A stretch of DNA of 63,596 nt, counting the filler, from Octopus bimaculoides (taxonomy: Eukaryota): the NCBI RefSeq assembly GCF_001194135.2. It is 8 parts of 8 records of this genome, joined end to end, with 100 filler letters (N's around TTAATTAATTAA, not from the genome) between each part and the next. Parts side by side here need not be neighbours in the genome. Positions count along the whole stretch, not along the records: positions 31,498 to 38,520 come from NC_068981.1; positions 38,621 to 48,751 come from NC_068996.1; positions 48,852 to 55,334 come from NC_068989.1; 5 more parts are not named here. One strand, given 5' to 3'. The stretch's first letter is position 1. Each line of letters opens with the position of its first letter. The position numbers were made by a program, and so were the translations under genes. The notes below the pieces were generated by a model. It saw nothing but the letters and a program-made list of their open reading frames with translations. It did not search any database and was not told where the DNA came from. Positions 37,371-50,149 of the stretch are shown here, one piece after another.

Positions 37371-38193
37371 GTGTGGTAATACACATAATACACACACACA
37401 CATACACACAGAGTTATTATTCATAGGTAACATCCGTTTCTGACAGCTGATTTCTATACCTATCTCTGCACGTGCGCGCATATCTACATATATTTTGTGC
37501 GTTGTATAATTACTCTGCCTATGCGTGCGCATGAGCATGTGCGCTTCCTAAAGACGTTGATGTCTGCATGTGGTCGTCATATAACGGTATCTTCACTTCC
37601 CTTCTTACAGCGTTGCTTACTGCACGTGTAAATAGTACCTTGTACTGCACGTGTAAATAGTACATGTGCGCATGATTATGCATCGGCGTGTGTGGACGAC
37701 TCGGTGTAAGTGACTGCGTGTTTGTGAGACGTGTCCCGTATCGCTAATTACGGCTGGATTTCTGCATGTATGTACGTGTGTATATTTGTGTGGGTGTAAA
37801 AAACACATGTATATGCCATAGGCGGAAGTAGTTAAAATAAACTGCATGGGGTTTGTTGTTTGCGAAATGAGCTATATCGCTAAAAATGAAGAAATTGTCA
37901 CATAGCCGTAATTATGATGTGTTTTCTTATTAGTGATCCAGCTTGGCGTTTAGTATTTCTTTGAAAAATAGAGAATCTGTAAATGTGTGTTGAATCTCTT
38001 TGGATTTTGTGAGATACACTACATACGTAACACGTACAGGAGTTAATTTATTCACATCCGCACATAATCTCAAATGATATATACACATATATACACATAT
38101 ATTTATACGCGCGCAACTTTTTGTGTTTGTGGGATATGTACGCACACAAAATTACACACACACAGTGACACACATACATAAATATATACATCT

Positions 38194-38286
38194 ACTAGCA
38201 GAAATACCCGGCGTTGCCCGGGTTAAAGAGAATAATGAAATCTAAAAACGCCGTCTAGACTACGCATCATCTTTATATAGAGAGAT
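38194..38286 (+). mobile_element. Short Helentron-associated (HINE/DINE-1-like) element
   Basis: actag followed by the hairpin cccgg-cgttgc-ccggg, ending in ctttatatagagag. Confidence 0.5.
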
Positions 38287-38620
38287 GTATATACACACAC
38301 GCACCCAAACACACGTATATATATGTATATCAATAAAATATATGAAAGTCAATGAAGTTTCGTAAAAGAAGGTGATCATGTACATACTTTCTTGCTGTTG
38401 TGATTATAACACCTCATTGTAAACTATGTTCCTTGTTTTCCCCTGTGGAGCATATACAAATAGGTTTTTTGTTGCTGCCCACTCTTGAGCAGCCAACATA
38501 CAGTTGTCCATGTGAGAAGCNNNNNNNNNNNNNNNNNNNNNNNNNNNNNNNNNNNNNNNNNNNNTTAATTAATTAANNNNNNNNNNNNNNNNNNNNNNNN
38601 NNNNNNNNNNNNNNNNNNNN

Positions 38621-39455
38621 CATATATATGATTTTGTCTGTCCTTGTATGTCCCTCTATGGGATCTTTCTGTCCGCCAAATCAGAAAGATCCTAAATGTA
38701 TCCTATTTATTAGTAATAAAAAGAAATTTGCGACTTTAGACCTTCTGAGGTCTAGCCGCTGACCACAGAGCACCAGCCTGTTCTAGCGACGACACACCAC
38801 CGTTCAACACCTTGCTGCAAACTCCATCTTCGACACCACCATCAACTTCTTCGTCGCCAGCATCTACTCAACGTACACACCGCCAACAGCTCCCGCACTG
38901 GTTCTCTCAATACTGTTTGTGTGAATTGCCTCACCATGAAGAACAGCGAGTACAACCTGCGAGACCACCTGTAACAAGTAACTGGTCGCAGCATCGTAGC
39001 CTCAACCTCTCGGGCGACAGTATCTTTTCTCCGGCTCTGCTATTCGACCACGACTTCTTGTACAGCACCTTTACCACTGTGTACCATGAATACGAACTGG
39101 CATTTCTAATCCTTGTGTCTGGACTTTTAACGTCCTTATTTATAGACTGTTTTCTATGCTCTGTATCTCTTGCATTCACTTACACATATTTGTATATGCA
39201 CACACTTTGTTTACACGACGGCCTGTCTTATATTGTGTTTTATTATGTCACATTCACACACACACAGACATTCTAGTTGACAACAATTAAAACTTTATTT
39301 TTATACTTTGTTACCGGTTGAGTCTCTCTCTTTTCTTGTTGGCACTTTACTCATTTTACCTCGTTCCATCTTATGTTTTTTATATTTGTGCCGGCCGTGT
39401 GATGCGCTAAAGGAGTCGTTCCTTCGTCACCATCTCCTGGTCGCACGGTCGTTAC
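38621..39455 (-). mobile_element. LTR-like repeat, copy E1 (terminus tgtaacgaccgtgcg)
   Basis: Shares cgaccgtgcga and aagacaggcc(g/t)tcgt with 40964 and 45489, and agacct-N4-aggtct and catagagggaca with 40261-40916. Confidence 0.55.
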
Positions 39456-40260
39456 AGTGGTAAATGATCGAGAATAACTCTACAAGCGTCGCGATAAGAA
39501 GATGCCGGAATCCAAAATGACACAGAAGACAAGTGTTTACTGAAAAAAAAGGCGGGGGGCGCCAAAGGGTGGAATACAGTTCGGGGATTGCAGGAGCGGC
39601 AGTGGAATCGCGACAGTGCATCTAGTTGGGAGGTACCGTTGAGTGGCATTGCTTGAAGATGTTGTCATGCAAGGTAACCGGCAAGTGAAGTCGGAGCTGC
39701 AAGCGAAAATGACTGAAGGGTGCCGCGCAAGGAAGACAAGCCAGAGCTCCCCCATTCTCCGGCGGAGAGAAGCGGAGAGGTGACGAAAAATGCCGAACTG
39801 GGAATAAGAAGGCATCAAGAAATTTAACGTACACACTGGAAATGTAGCCGCGCATTTTACTGCTATTTTCAGCAAGTAGATGACGCTGTGTAAGAATGAA
39901 GTAATGTCTCGTGAAACATGAGGAAAACTGCCAAGACGTTGTTAGAATGACATACCCGTCCAGTTTTTCGCATGAAAAACTGTAAAGGCATCAGCCGCAA
40001 GGAAGTCCTTAGTTATAGGCTCTGCAAGTCATTGACCAAATGGAAAAATTTGACCGCTGAAAAATTTATAATTTTCCGCATGTGATAGAGCTGATAATAT
40101 AGAGGTAATCATGAAGCTGAACGTCGCAAATCATACGAGGCAATAGCTGTGGAAACGAAGGCTGTAGGTCTTTTAGCTCAGGGGTCACCAATTTGTAAAG
40201 GACCGTGTGATGCGAGATAACCAGAGTTGATGTTGGACAACACACGGTCCTTAGAATATA

Positions 40261-40916
40261 TGTAAGATTAACTGCGACATGTATGCAAGGAGAAAAGAGA
40301 GAGACAACAGCGTAGAATGTTTATGAAAGATTTATTGATATATTTGCATGTGTCTGCGTGTGTCTGAATATAGGTGTATGCGTGTGCGTTGTATGTATAT
40401 AGCAATGAAGAAGAAGATAGGGAAAGAGTCTATAATGAGAAGTTAGATGTTCATGGCCACAAGAACGAGAATATCAGTTCGTGAACTGTACACGGGTTAT
40501 TGCGATGCTGTATCAAGACGTTGTGACTGTAATACGGAGCCAGTTGCGGTACGTGAAGTTGTGACTGTGATGCTGAGCCGGTCACTTGATACAGGAATCC
40601 TCGCAGGTTGTAAATTATTACAACCTGGTGATACAGGAATCCTCGCAGGTTGTAAATTATTACAACCTGGTGAATTATTACAACCTGGTGAATTGAAGCG
40701 TTGAAACCATGAGGAATTGTTTGTTGTGCTGTGTACGTAGAGAGATGATGTTGACGACGTTGGTGAGACATGATGGTGGCGATGAAGATAGAGGTCACAG
40801 GAACTGGCTGTCTTGTGTGATCAGTGGATAGACCTAAGAAGGTCTTAAACAACAGATTTCTTTATTTATCTATACAGGTACACATAGAGGGGACACTACA
40901 AGAGACGAACACTTAC
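40261..40916 (+). mobile_element. LTR-like repeat, copy E2 (tgtaag...cttaca)
   Basis: 6-bp terminal inverted repeats with TG...CA. The 3' half resembles E1 and contains a 42-bp tandem duplication. Confidence 0.55.
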
Positions 40917-40963
40917 AAACGGATGGGGTTATAATGAAATGAAAAGAAATCGAATGATGAATA

Positions 40964-41300
40964 TGTAGAGAACGACCGTGCGAACCAAAGGAGAATGGGG
41001 ACGTGTGGAAACAGGCTCCTTTTAACGCGTCGCACGATCGACACAAAACATGTAATGTAACATAAGAGGGCTCGCATGTGAGATGCGAGCAAGTGCCAGC
41101 AAAGAAAGAGTGAGAGAGACAACCGTTAGAGATATATAAAGAGTAAGTTTATTAGGGTAGTCAACTGTATGTCTGTGTGTGCATGCATGCGGCAATATAA
41201 GTAATACAATACATAAGACAGGCCTTCGTGTACAAGAGTGTGTATACAATAATATGTGTGTGTATGTGAATGAGTAATACAGCACATAGACTATAAGAGT
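40964..41300 (+). mobile_element. LTR-like repeat, copy E3 (truncated)
   Basis: aacgaccgtgcgaacc...aagacaggccttcgt shared with E1 and E4. Confidence 0.5.
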
Positions 41301-42724
41301 CCTGAACACAGATAAGAAAGTGCCAGTTCGGGATCTAGTTTAAAACGGGGGCGCCAGTATTTTCTTAACGAAACACTAACGAAACACTTTGAAACTTGGG
41401 ACACTGGTAGAATGTGTCATATAAAACATCTTTTACTCTTAATCTTCTTAACAAAAAAAAGGAATTCGCAAGTTATTCCATGTTAAAGTTGTCGTATTTC
41501 TGTAATTTCAACCAATCACTGACGTCTATTCAGCTGAATAGAGTTATTGCTGGGCGGTCATAAAAATGTTATTCCCTGTGACATATTTCATCCGGTTTAA
41601 TCGTAAATACGCATATATTGTTTATATAATAAATTACGCTGTGCGTATCTATGTGTGTAACAATTTTAGAGTTCGGANNNNNNNNNNNNNNNNNNNNNNN
41701 NNNNNNNNNNNNNNNNNNNNNNNNNNNNNNNNNNNNNNNNNNNNNNNNNNNNNNNNNNNNNNNNNNNNNNNNNNNNNNNNNNNNNNNNNNNNNNNNNNNN
41801 NNNNNNNNNNNNNNNNNNNNNNNNNNNNNNNNNNNNNNNNNNNNNNNNNNNNNNNNNNNNNNNNNNNNNNNNNNNNNNNNNNNNNNNNNNNNNNNNNNNN
41901 NNNNNNNNNNNNNNNNNNNNNNNNNNNNNNNNNNNNNNNNNNNNNNNNNNNNNNNNNNNNNNNNNNNNNNNNNNNNNNNNNNNNNNNNNNNNNNNNNNNN
42001 NNNNNNNNNNNNNNNNNNNNNNNNNNNNNNNNNNNNNNNNNNNNNNNNNNNNNNNNNNNNNNNNNNNNNNNNNNNNNNNNNNNNNNNNNNNNNNNNNNNN
42101 NNNNNNNNNNNNNNNNNNNNNNNNNNNNNNNNNNNNNNNNNNNNNNNNNNNNNNNNNNNNNNNNNNNNNNNNNNNNNNNNNNNNNNNNNNNNNNNNNNNN
42201 NNNNNNNNNNNNNNNNNNNNNNNNNNNNNNNNNNNNNNNNNNNNNNNNNNNNNNNNNNNNNNNNNNNNNNNNNNNNNNNNNNNNNNNNNNNNNNNNNNNN
42301 NNNNNNNNNNNNNNNNNNNNNNNNNNNNNNNNNNNNNNNNNNNNNNNNNNNNNNNNNNNNNNNNNNNNNNNNNNNNNNNNNNNNNNNNNNNNNNNNNNNN
42401 NNNNNNNNNNNNNNNNNNNNNNNNNNNNNNNNNNNNNNNNNNNNNNNNNNNNNNNNNNNNNNNNNNNNNNNNNNNNNNNNNNNNNNNNNNNNNNNNNNNN
42501 NNNNNNNNNNNNNNNNNNNNNNNNNNNNNNNNNNNNNNNNNNNNNNNNNNNNNNNNNNNNNNNNNNNNNNNNNNNNNNNNNNNNNNNNNNNNNNNNNNNN
42601 NNNNNNNNNNNNNNNNNNNNNTTCGTAAATAAATACCCGAGAGAGAGATTTCACTACAAATATAAAAAAATGAAATCGAATTATGTACAATTAAAATTGC
42701 AAATATAATGTTCCGGGTTCATTC

Positions 42725-44183
42725 TTAACCCGACGGTTTTTATCTCCTTTGGGGCTTTTTCCACGTTTTCCCCCTCTTTTTCGCCTTGACCAGCTATACT
42801 GGCACAGCCCCATTCATCCTCAGCTTCCTTACTACAGACATCCATCTTTTTCCGAACGTACTTTACGGCAAGCCCCTTTTCTCCAGACGGATCTTCCTCA
42901 ACAGGTGGAAGTTAAAATGACTTACAAACCCGTGTCCGGAGATGAAGTGACTTGTCCCAATCCCTTTCGCACGAGTCATCCATACTGTTTCTTTCAGTAT
43001 GACCACAACGCAGAGAAAAGATGCCTTCTTCTCTTTGTTGAAGGAAGAAGGTGGTACGATCTTGATCATGGACTCAATTGAGAGCCGTACTCTTTCCGCA
43101 TCCGATACCAATTGTTCGACATAGGTTATCAATGCCCTCAACTCCTCACAGTGTACGAAGACGTGCGCAACAGTTTCACTGACTTGTCCGCACCTCGGGT
43201 ATGTGGGGGAGGTGTCAAAACCGTGTCTAGACAACCTCTCTCGAACCGGTAAGGCCAATCGGTAGCACAACCAAGCCAAGGATTTCTGGTAGTTATCCAT
43301 GTACCTCGGCCCAAATGTCCTTCCAAACAGGCTGGTCAGTTGCCCCTCATCAAAGCATAGATTCTCCCCCAGGACATCGTGCGATTATACTCTACCAGCC
43401 CTCTATAAAAATCCGCAGTGGTAACCTCGCTACCGGTATTGCTCGCTCGTGAGAACAGAGTAAGTGTTTGTCTGCACTCCCTTTGCCAATCTCCCATCCT
43501 AGGTCTCCGCTTGATCCATGTACCTAAGTCCCTGAGGGACTTTAATTGTGGAAAGAGTTGCTTGGCATGTAGTGACCACACCTGCTCACCATCCAGCCTC
43601 AGCGCATACTTGCGCATCATCAGCCACCCTCTAACCGTTTTTGGCAACAGATGGAACACCACAAGTGGCGTTTTCCCCTTCCACAAAAAGCGGAAAAGTA
43701 TCCGTTCCAACTTGGTCAGCCACAAACCGGGGCAAGGCACGACGGTTAGGCAGTAGGTTATCACCGATGCTATAAACACCTGTGCAACCTCGGCCCTTCC
43801 TAGCAAGGATAACGTCCTCCCAGACCAGGTCTGTGTTATGGCCGTCATCTTGCTCGCCACCTCGCTCCAGTTTTTCTCCACCTGGAGATCTGGTCCAAAC
43901 CAGATTCCGAGCAATTTAACTGGGCCCTCCGTCCAACGTCCGACGATGCTGTTGAGAGGAATTGACCTGCCACGCCAGGTGCCAAATTTCAGGCCGACTG
44001 ATTTTTCCTGGTTTATTTTTGCTCCTGCCACCGCTTCGTATCCTTTGATGGCGTCTTCTACAAGAGGTAGCTGCCCTTCATCAGACACGATGATGGTAAC
44101 ATCATCCGCATATGCCGTCACGTTCCTTCCGCAACAAGGATCATGCGGGTCTGCCCCCAAAGTCCCCAATCTCTTTCGCCGCT
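42725..44183 (-). mobile_element. L1/Tx1-clade LINE, 5'-truncated (RT C-terminus plus zf-RVT)
   Basis: AYADDVT, GAKINQEKS, VKLLGIWFG and SLAWLCYRLALPVRERL...PRCGQ..ETVAHVFVHC. Confidence 0.9.
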
Positions 44184-44184
44184 A

Positions 44185-45007
44185 GAAGCCGCTTGATGCA
44201 GTTCTTCGACATCAGTCTGCCGACAAGCGTAGTTGTACTGTTACGTTGTACGTCTTTGTTTTGCAGTGCTTCTCCCCTATTCGTTGATTTTTGCGTTGGC
44301 TGAAATGAAGGAATAGCGTGCTTCCGTGAAATTATGTTTTCTGCTGGAGAAAACAGCGGCTGAAACAGTTGTCATGCTTCAAACAACATACAAGGACGCT
44401 GCATGAGCAAAACAGACGTTTACGAGTTTTCACGGTTTATGAATGGTCACTTTCGCTTGAAGACCTCGTTCAGGACTACCGTCGACCTCCCGGTCGATTG
44501 AAAACATCTCGAAAATTCATGAATTGATCTTGAAGGACAGTCACTGAACAATTGACAAACTTGTTGATATAATTGATCTATCCTGGAGCTCCTGCCAATG
44601 AATTTTGTGCGAAGAATTGTGAATGAAAACAGTTGCAGCAAAATTTGTGCCTTGCTTGCTCACGGAAGATCAAAAGTAGTCACGACTGAATACGTATCGT
44701 GAACTGAAAGAACAGTTGGAAGTTGATCCGAACCTTTTTTATTTTTATCGAAGGTCATCACTGGTGATGAAAGCTGGTACTACGGAATTTGCAGATGTAG
44801 AGGAGGTGAAGGAAAAAACGACGGAAGTGTCAGAAGGCATCACTTCGCAAGAGTTTCAGCACTGCTTCGAATAGTAAAAAACGCGTCCTGACCGATGCAT
44901 TGCTTCAAATGGAAAATACTTTGACGGTGATAAAAGTGTATACATGTAAAACTAAGTGAATAAAATAATATTGCAAAATTTCGGTTTCTTTTGGGTACCC
45001 CCTCGTA
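44185..45007 (+). mobile_element. Internally deleted mariner
   Basis: KTAAETVVMLQTTY, KTVAAKFVP and KVITGDESWYY motifs. 3' end cttttgggtaccccctcg-ta. Confidence 0.8.
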
Positions 45008-45488
45008 TTAGCAAATGCTGAGGATTGATGCATTTTCTGTCTTTTCATAAATATTTCCTTCTCAGAACCACTTTCTTCTAGAATTATTTTCCACTAGTGT
45101 ATTTCTCGCAAGTGTCAACCGATGGTTATTCAAACTGAGCTTCAACCATCTCAATATCGCTAGTCATTACAACACCTGACTGGTTGAGGTCCGCTTAGTG
45201 AAAAGCAGGTGGTAGCTGGTCAATGAAGTTAAATAATCTCTCCTATCGTTGGAAACAACATGTAACGGTTAAAATTTTAATTAGTATAGTTACCAATTGT
45301 AACGGGTAAGATTGATTAGGTACGCAATAATATGAAATGTTGGAGTCAGCAGTTGTAACGATAAAAATTTGTTGTTATAACGACAAGTTATAGGATGTGA
45401 AAGATGAACAATGCATCAAGTTTTAAGAAAATATTTATTTACCGTTACGTTACAATACTTTACCACGACGGGCAGGTTATAATAGATC

Positions 45489-45788
45489 TGTAAGGGACGA
45501 CCGTGCGAACTCATAAAAGGAGAAATGGTGACGAATGGAAAAACAAAGGACTCCTTTTATTTAAACGTGTCACACGGTCGAACATACAAATATATATCAA
45601 AGATTGATATACATGATATGTTATGCGACGATAACATAGATGACCAGTAATGAAAGACCACAACCGTATTAGATGAATAACAGAGATATTTATTGTAGCA
45701 TTAAAGATGTATGTCTGTGTGAGAGTGTGAATGCGACATATAAGAACATAATCAAAGACAGGCCGTCGTACAAAGAAAAGTGTGTATG
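45489..45788 (+). mobile_element. LTR-like repeat, copy E4 (runs into gap)
   Basis: tgtaagggacgaccgtgcgaac...aagacaggccgtcgt. Confidence 0.5.
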
Positions 45789-46557
45789 NNNNNNNNNNNN
45801 NNNNNNNNNNNNNNNNNNNNNNNNNNNNNNNNNNNNNNNNNNNNNNNNNNNNNNNNNNNNNNNNNNNNNNNNNNNNNNNNNNNNNNNNNNNNNNNNNNNN
45901 NNNNNNNNNNNNNNNNNNNNNNNNNNNNNNNNNNNNNNNNNNNNNNNNNNNNNNNNNNNNNNNNNNNNNNNNNNNNNNNNNNNNNNNNNNNNNNNNNNNN
46001 NNNNNNNNNNNNNNNNNNNNNNNNNNNNNNNNNNNNNNNNNNNNNNNNNNNNNNNNNNNNNNNNNNNNNNNNNNNNNNNNNNNNNNNNNNNNNNNNNNNN
46101 NNNNNNNNNNNNNNNNNNNNNNNNNNNNNNNNNNNNNNNNNNNNNNNNNNNNNNNNNNNNNNNNNNNNNNNNNNNNNNNNNNNNNNNNNNNNNNNNNNNN
46201 NNNNNNNNNNNNNNNNNNNNNNNNNNNNNNNNNNNNNNNNNNNNNNNNNNNNNNNNNNNNNNNNNNNNNNNNNNNNNNNNNNNNNNNNNNNNNNNNNNNN
46301 NNNNNNNNNNNNNNNNNNNNNNNNNNNNNNNNNNNNNNNNNNNNNNNNNNNNNNNNNNNNNNNNNNNNNNNNNNNNNNNNNNNNNNNNNNNNNNNNNNNN
46401 TGGTAGAAATATACTCCATCACGTGACCTTATTAGGGGCCGTGATTGGTCAGTTTGCGTTCTGGCGGGAACGGTTCGAAGAAGTTGCCGATTCGAATAAT
46501 GATCAGTCACGTGATGGACAAGGAATGGGTTCTCTACTACGCTCGCATTTATTTATA

Positions 46558-47493
46558 TTTAAATGAGAAGATTGTATGTAATGGCGATAGTAGTTTGTAT
46601 CTAATGGCGGGAGGTAGTTTCACTACAGATCCATAAACATGCGAAGTAAAGGTTGCGTTTGTGTCCTCTTCATTCTTTAGTAGTAATTACAGAGACAGAG
46701 AGAATGATGTAAGAGAACAGAATTAGAGCTAGTGACAGTTGTAAGGCTGTGGGACGTTGTGTCACTGTTGCTGACAGTAAACTTCATTTCTCCCTCTGAC
46801 CAAGGTTCTAGCTGGTCAGCCAGGCTTCGTTCTCACTGAGTTGTCACCGAAGTGACTAACTGTCTTTTGCTTGCGGACTCTTGTTTTTATAACTATAGAC
46901 ATATCATTGAGAACAATGGGCTTCGTTGGTGGTACTGTGGTATCTCTATTCTAGCTTTTGGTAAACTAGAAGAGGTTATAAGGGTCAAGTGATGAAGACA
47001 TTATTTCGGGCTAGCTAAGGCAATCTGGCAAATGTAAAACTGCTGTCACAGAAAAAAACCATTGTTCCACCGTGAGAAAAGTTCTGTTGAACTGTTAATT
47101 TAAATTTGGCAAGATCCTACAAAACCATGGAATTTAGATATAAGCTAATCACTCTTGAAGGCTTACAACAGATAATTGTTGCTCTTGTAACCGTAGCTGG
47201 TGCCGCCTCTCTATGGCGTTTAGTAATGGTAAAAGTTTGTCGCGAGATCAATTTCTATTATGGCATATCAAAGACATTAGGTTTATATAGGCTCAGCACG
47301 TTAATATGTAGTGATTGGTCAACTTTAAATGAGAAGATTGTATGTAATGGCGATAGTAGTTTGTATCTAATGGCGGGAGGTAGTTTCACTACAGATCCAT
47401 AAACATGCGAAGTAAAGGTTGCGTTTGTGTCCTCTTCATTCTTTAGTAGTAATTACAGAGACAGAGAGAATGATGTAAGAGAACAGAATTAGA
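46558..47493. repeat. Identical 170-bp direct repeats (46558-46727 and 47324-47493) flanking 596 bp
   Basis: Base-by-base reading found no differences. Confidence 0.85.
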
Positions 47494-48239
47494 CCTACTG
47501 TGTAAGTGTTAGGACATTTATTAATCCTGTGTTGTGATTGGTTGAGTATTGCGTGAGATTGGATCGAGGTTCAATCACGTAATACATTATCAATCACATA
47601 ATACATTATCAAAGAACTAATCTGTATGTGTTCTGTAGCCTCTTTTTTCCATAAATTGGTGCGACAAATTCTTTACGAGTAAGAGATTTTCATCAAGGTG
47701 AGTTATGCTGGCTGCTGCCGTTTTCACCAGACGAAAATTAATATTACAGAACACGTGTATACAATGACAATCCAAGCTGAATTTCTTTTGTTACTTCCAC
47801 GAGTGAACACGTAAAATATATTGTACAATGGTATACATGATTTTTAGTAAAATCAAGGGAGACTTCATACAGCCGTAAAAAGTTCAGAATATTCTGCTTG
47901 TTGATAACATCCAAAGGAAATGTAGAAGCAACATGTATGGTACAATATAGACTATAGTAACTTCCAGAGTAGTGTTGAGCACAAAACTAGACCGTCTACG
48001 ATATTACACTCTAGATTTTCCGTCAGTATGTCCTTTCAAAACACTATCTAAATCAAAGGTAACCACAAGATTGTGAGAGTATTTAATCCTTGCCTTGTCT
48101 ATTGATGAATGTTACAACAAAATCATAAACGAATGGGCCTACAATGCCGTGCATCTCTAGGATAAAATCACCCTCGTGTCCTTGATAAGTTTAGCTTGGG
48201 ATCGCAGGATGCGCAGTTACTGAGTTTACTCAGTTCAAT

Positions 48240-48460
48240 AATTCTTTCTAATTTTGGCACAATGTCACCAATTTTGAGGGGTGGTGTAAGCCAATTTACA
48301 TTGGCCTCAGCACTCAAATTGTACTTATTTTATCGACCCTGAGTGGATGAAAAGCAAGGTCAACCTCGGCGGAATTTGGGCTAGAGAATGTTAACAGTCG
48401 GAAGACATGCCACTGAGCATTTTGTCTAACGAGCTAACGATTATGCTGGCTCGCTGCCTT
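48240..48460 (-). mobile_element. SINE family B, degenerate
   Basis: Similar to 32616-32823. Confidence 0.65.
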
Positions 48461-48503
48461 ACTCAGTTCATTAAAGGTAACAAATCTTCATTCTATACAT
48501 ATA

Positions 48504-48751
48504 GGCGCAGGAGTGGCTGTGTGGTTAGAAGGTTGCTTACCAACCACAAGGTCCCGAGTTCAGTCCCACTGCATGGCATCTTGGGCAAATGTCTTCTACT
48601 ATAGCCTCGGGCCGACCAAAGCCTTGTGAGTGGATTTGGTAGACGAAAACAGAAAGAAGCTCGTTGCGCAGGAGTGGCTGTGTGGTAAGTAGCTTGCTTA
48701 CCAACCACATGGTTCTGGGTTCAGTCCCACTGCGTGGCACCTTGGATTTGG
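48504..48751 (+). mobile_element. Two tandem or nested SINE family A 5' halves (48504 and 48666)
   Basis: The gcgcaggagtggctgtgtggt head occurs twice. Confidence 0.8.
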
Positions 48752-48851
48752 NNNNNNNNNNNNNNNNNNNNNNNNNNNNNNNNNNNNNNNNNNNNTTAAT
48801 TAATTAANNNNNNNNNNNNNNNNNNNNNNNNNNNNNNNNNNNNNNNNNNNN

Positions 48852-48915
<64 letters not shown>

Positions 48916-49429
48916 ATTTTTTATTTTATAGTTTCAGCTTAGAGCTGCGGCCATGCTGATATATATATATATTGACATTCACACACACACACACACACAT
49001 GCATGTGTGTGTACATTGCATAATGTCTTTAACCAAGCACCATTTTTTTAAATATAATTTAGTAAGAGCTATGTATAACTGCTGTGTATAACATTTTTCT
49101 TGTATTTATGGGGTACCATAGAAGTAAATAAAGAAAAAAATAATATTAAAAAAAAAAACCAAAAAAAAGGATTACTATTAATTTCTCTCTATGTTACACA
49201 GCTGGCAGAAAGATTAGTAAACTATTAGGTTGGCATATGTTTGGTTAAATTCAGCAGCTGTAAGCATATATGAGTCTGTATGAATGTATGACTATACATG
49301 TGTACATGTGTATATATGTATGTATGTAAGTATGTGTATCTGTGTGTGGGCGTGTGTGTACTTATGCGAGCAAGTTTAAATATATACTCATGCACACTCA
49401 CATATATACATGTGTGTGTGTGTGTGTAT

Positions 49430-49463
<34 letters not shown>

Positions 49464-50034
49464 CAAATCTACTCTCAAAGCTTTGGTCAGCCCAAGACTA
49501 TGATGTAATATTTGCCCAAGGTACTGTGCAGTGGTTGTGAACTGGACATTTCAACCACACAGTTAATTGTTATACATATTTGTGTATGTGTGTGTGTATT
49601 TGTGTATAGCATGTATGTTTGCATGTGTGTGCTTGTGTGTATGTGAGTTTGAGTGTGTATATGTGTATGTGCTTGTGTGCATATGTAAGTGCATGCATCA
49701 TTGTTTTATGTCTACCATCCATGCTGGCATGAGTTAGATGTGTCTACTCTTATTCACAGATTGAGAAGCACAACTGACAGAGATGAGAGGTTATGATAGG
49801 AGTACTCAGTATTCTCAAATAGCTACCAATATTCAAAGAAATATCACTGAAATGGCAGCAAGATAACAAGAGTCTATGTTATCCAGGAGATATAACAATG
49901 ACAAAACATGCGTTTTGCCATACCTGAGCAAACAAACACGTCTTCTCCCATACTGTGTATATACACTCGCCATGCTGCTTGACTGCTAAATCTACAGGGT
50001 TTTTTCAGTCTCTCTCTGTTTATTTTCTCTTATT

Positions 50035-50072
50035 CCTTTCTGGTGAGGAGGGTAGGCTCATAACGTAAAAGA
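50035..50072 (+). ncRNA. Variant-core hammerhead-like motif, probably inactive
   Basis: ccttt-CTGGTGA-g-gagg gtag gctc-ATAAC-GTA-aaaga. Confidence 0.35.
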
Positions 50073-50149
50073 CTTTTTCATTTTCCCAAGCATCAAACTA
50101 ATGCACCTGCTTGTTGTTCATACACCTGTCTTCGTCTTTTGTTTTTCTA

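Noticed and set aside
37611-37665. Strong acceptor cttcccttcttacag as a further exon of the host gene
   Set aside because: All three frames stop within ~17 codons, there is no donor, and no domain signature.
39537-39875. GC-richer ORFs between LTR-like E1 and E2 as gag/pol
   Set aside because: No convincing gag, protease, RT or integrase motifs, and no valid PBS after the E1 terminus.
40587-40688. CRISPR-like palindromic repeats
   Set aside because: The units are directly adjacent with no unique spacers, there are no cas genes, and the context is eukaryotic.
41566-42708. Long ORFs of 200-380 aa here and at 45511-46566, 56429-57207 and 61940-63150
   Set aside because: They consist mainly of X from N gaps.
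47640-47697. Possible exon ending in aag|gtgagt
   Set aside because: The only open frame is phase 0-2, incompatible with the phase-1 PAN exon, and the peptide is uninformative.
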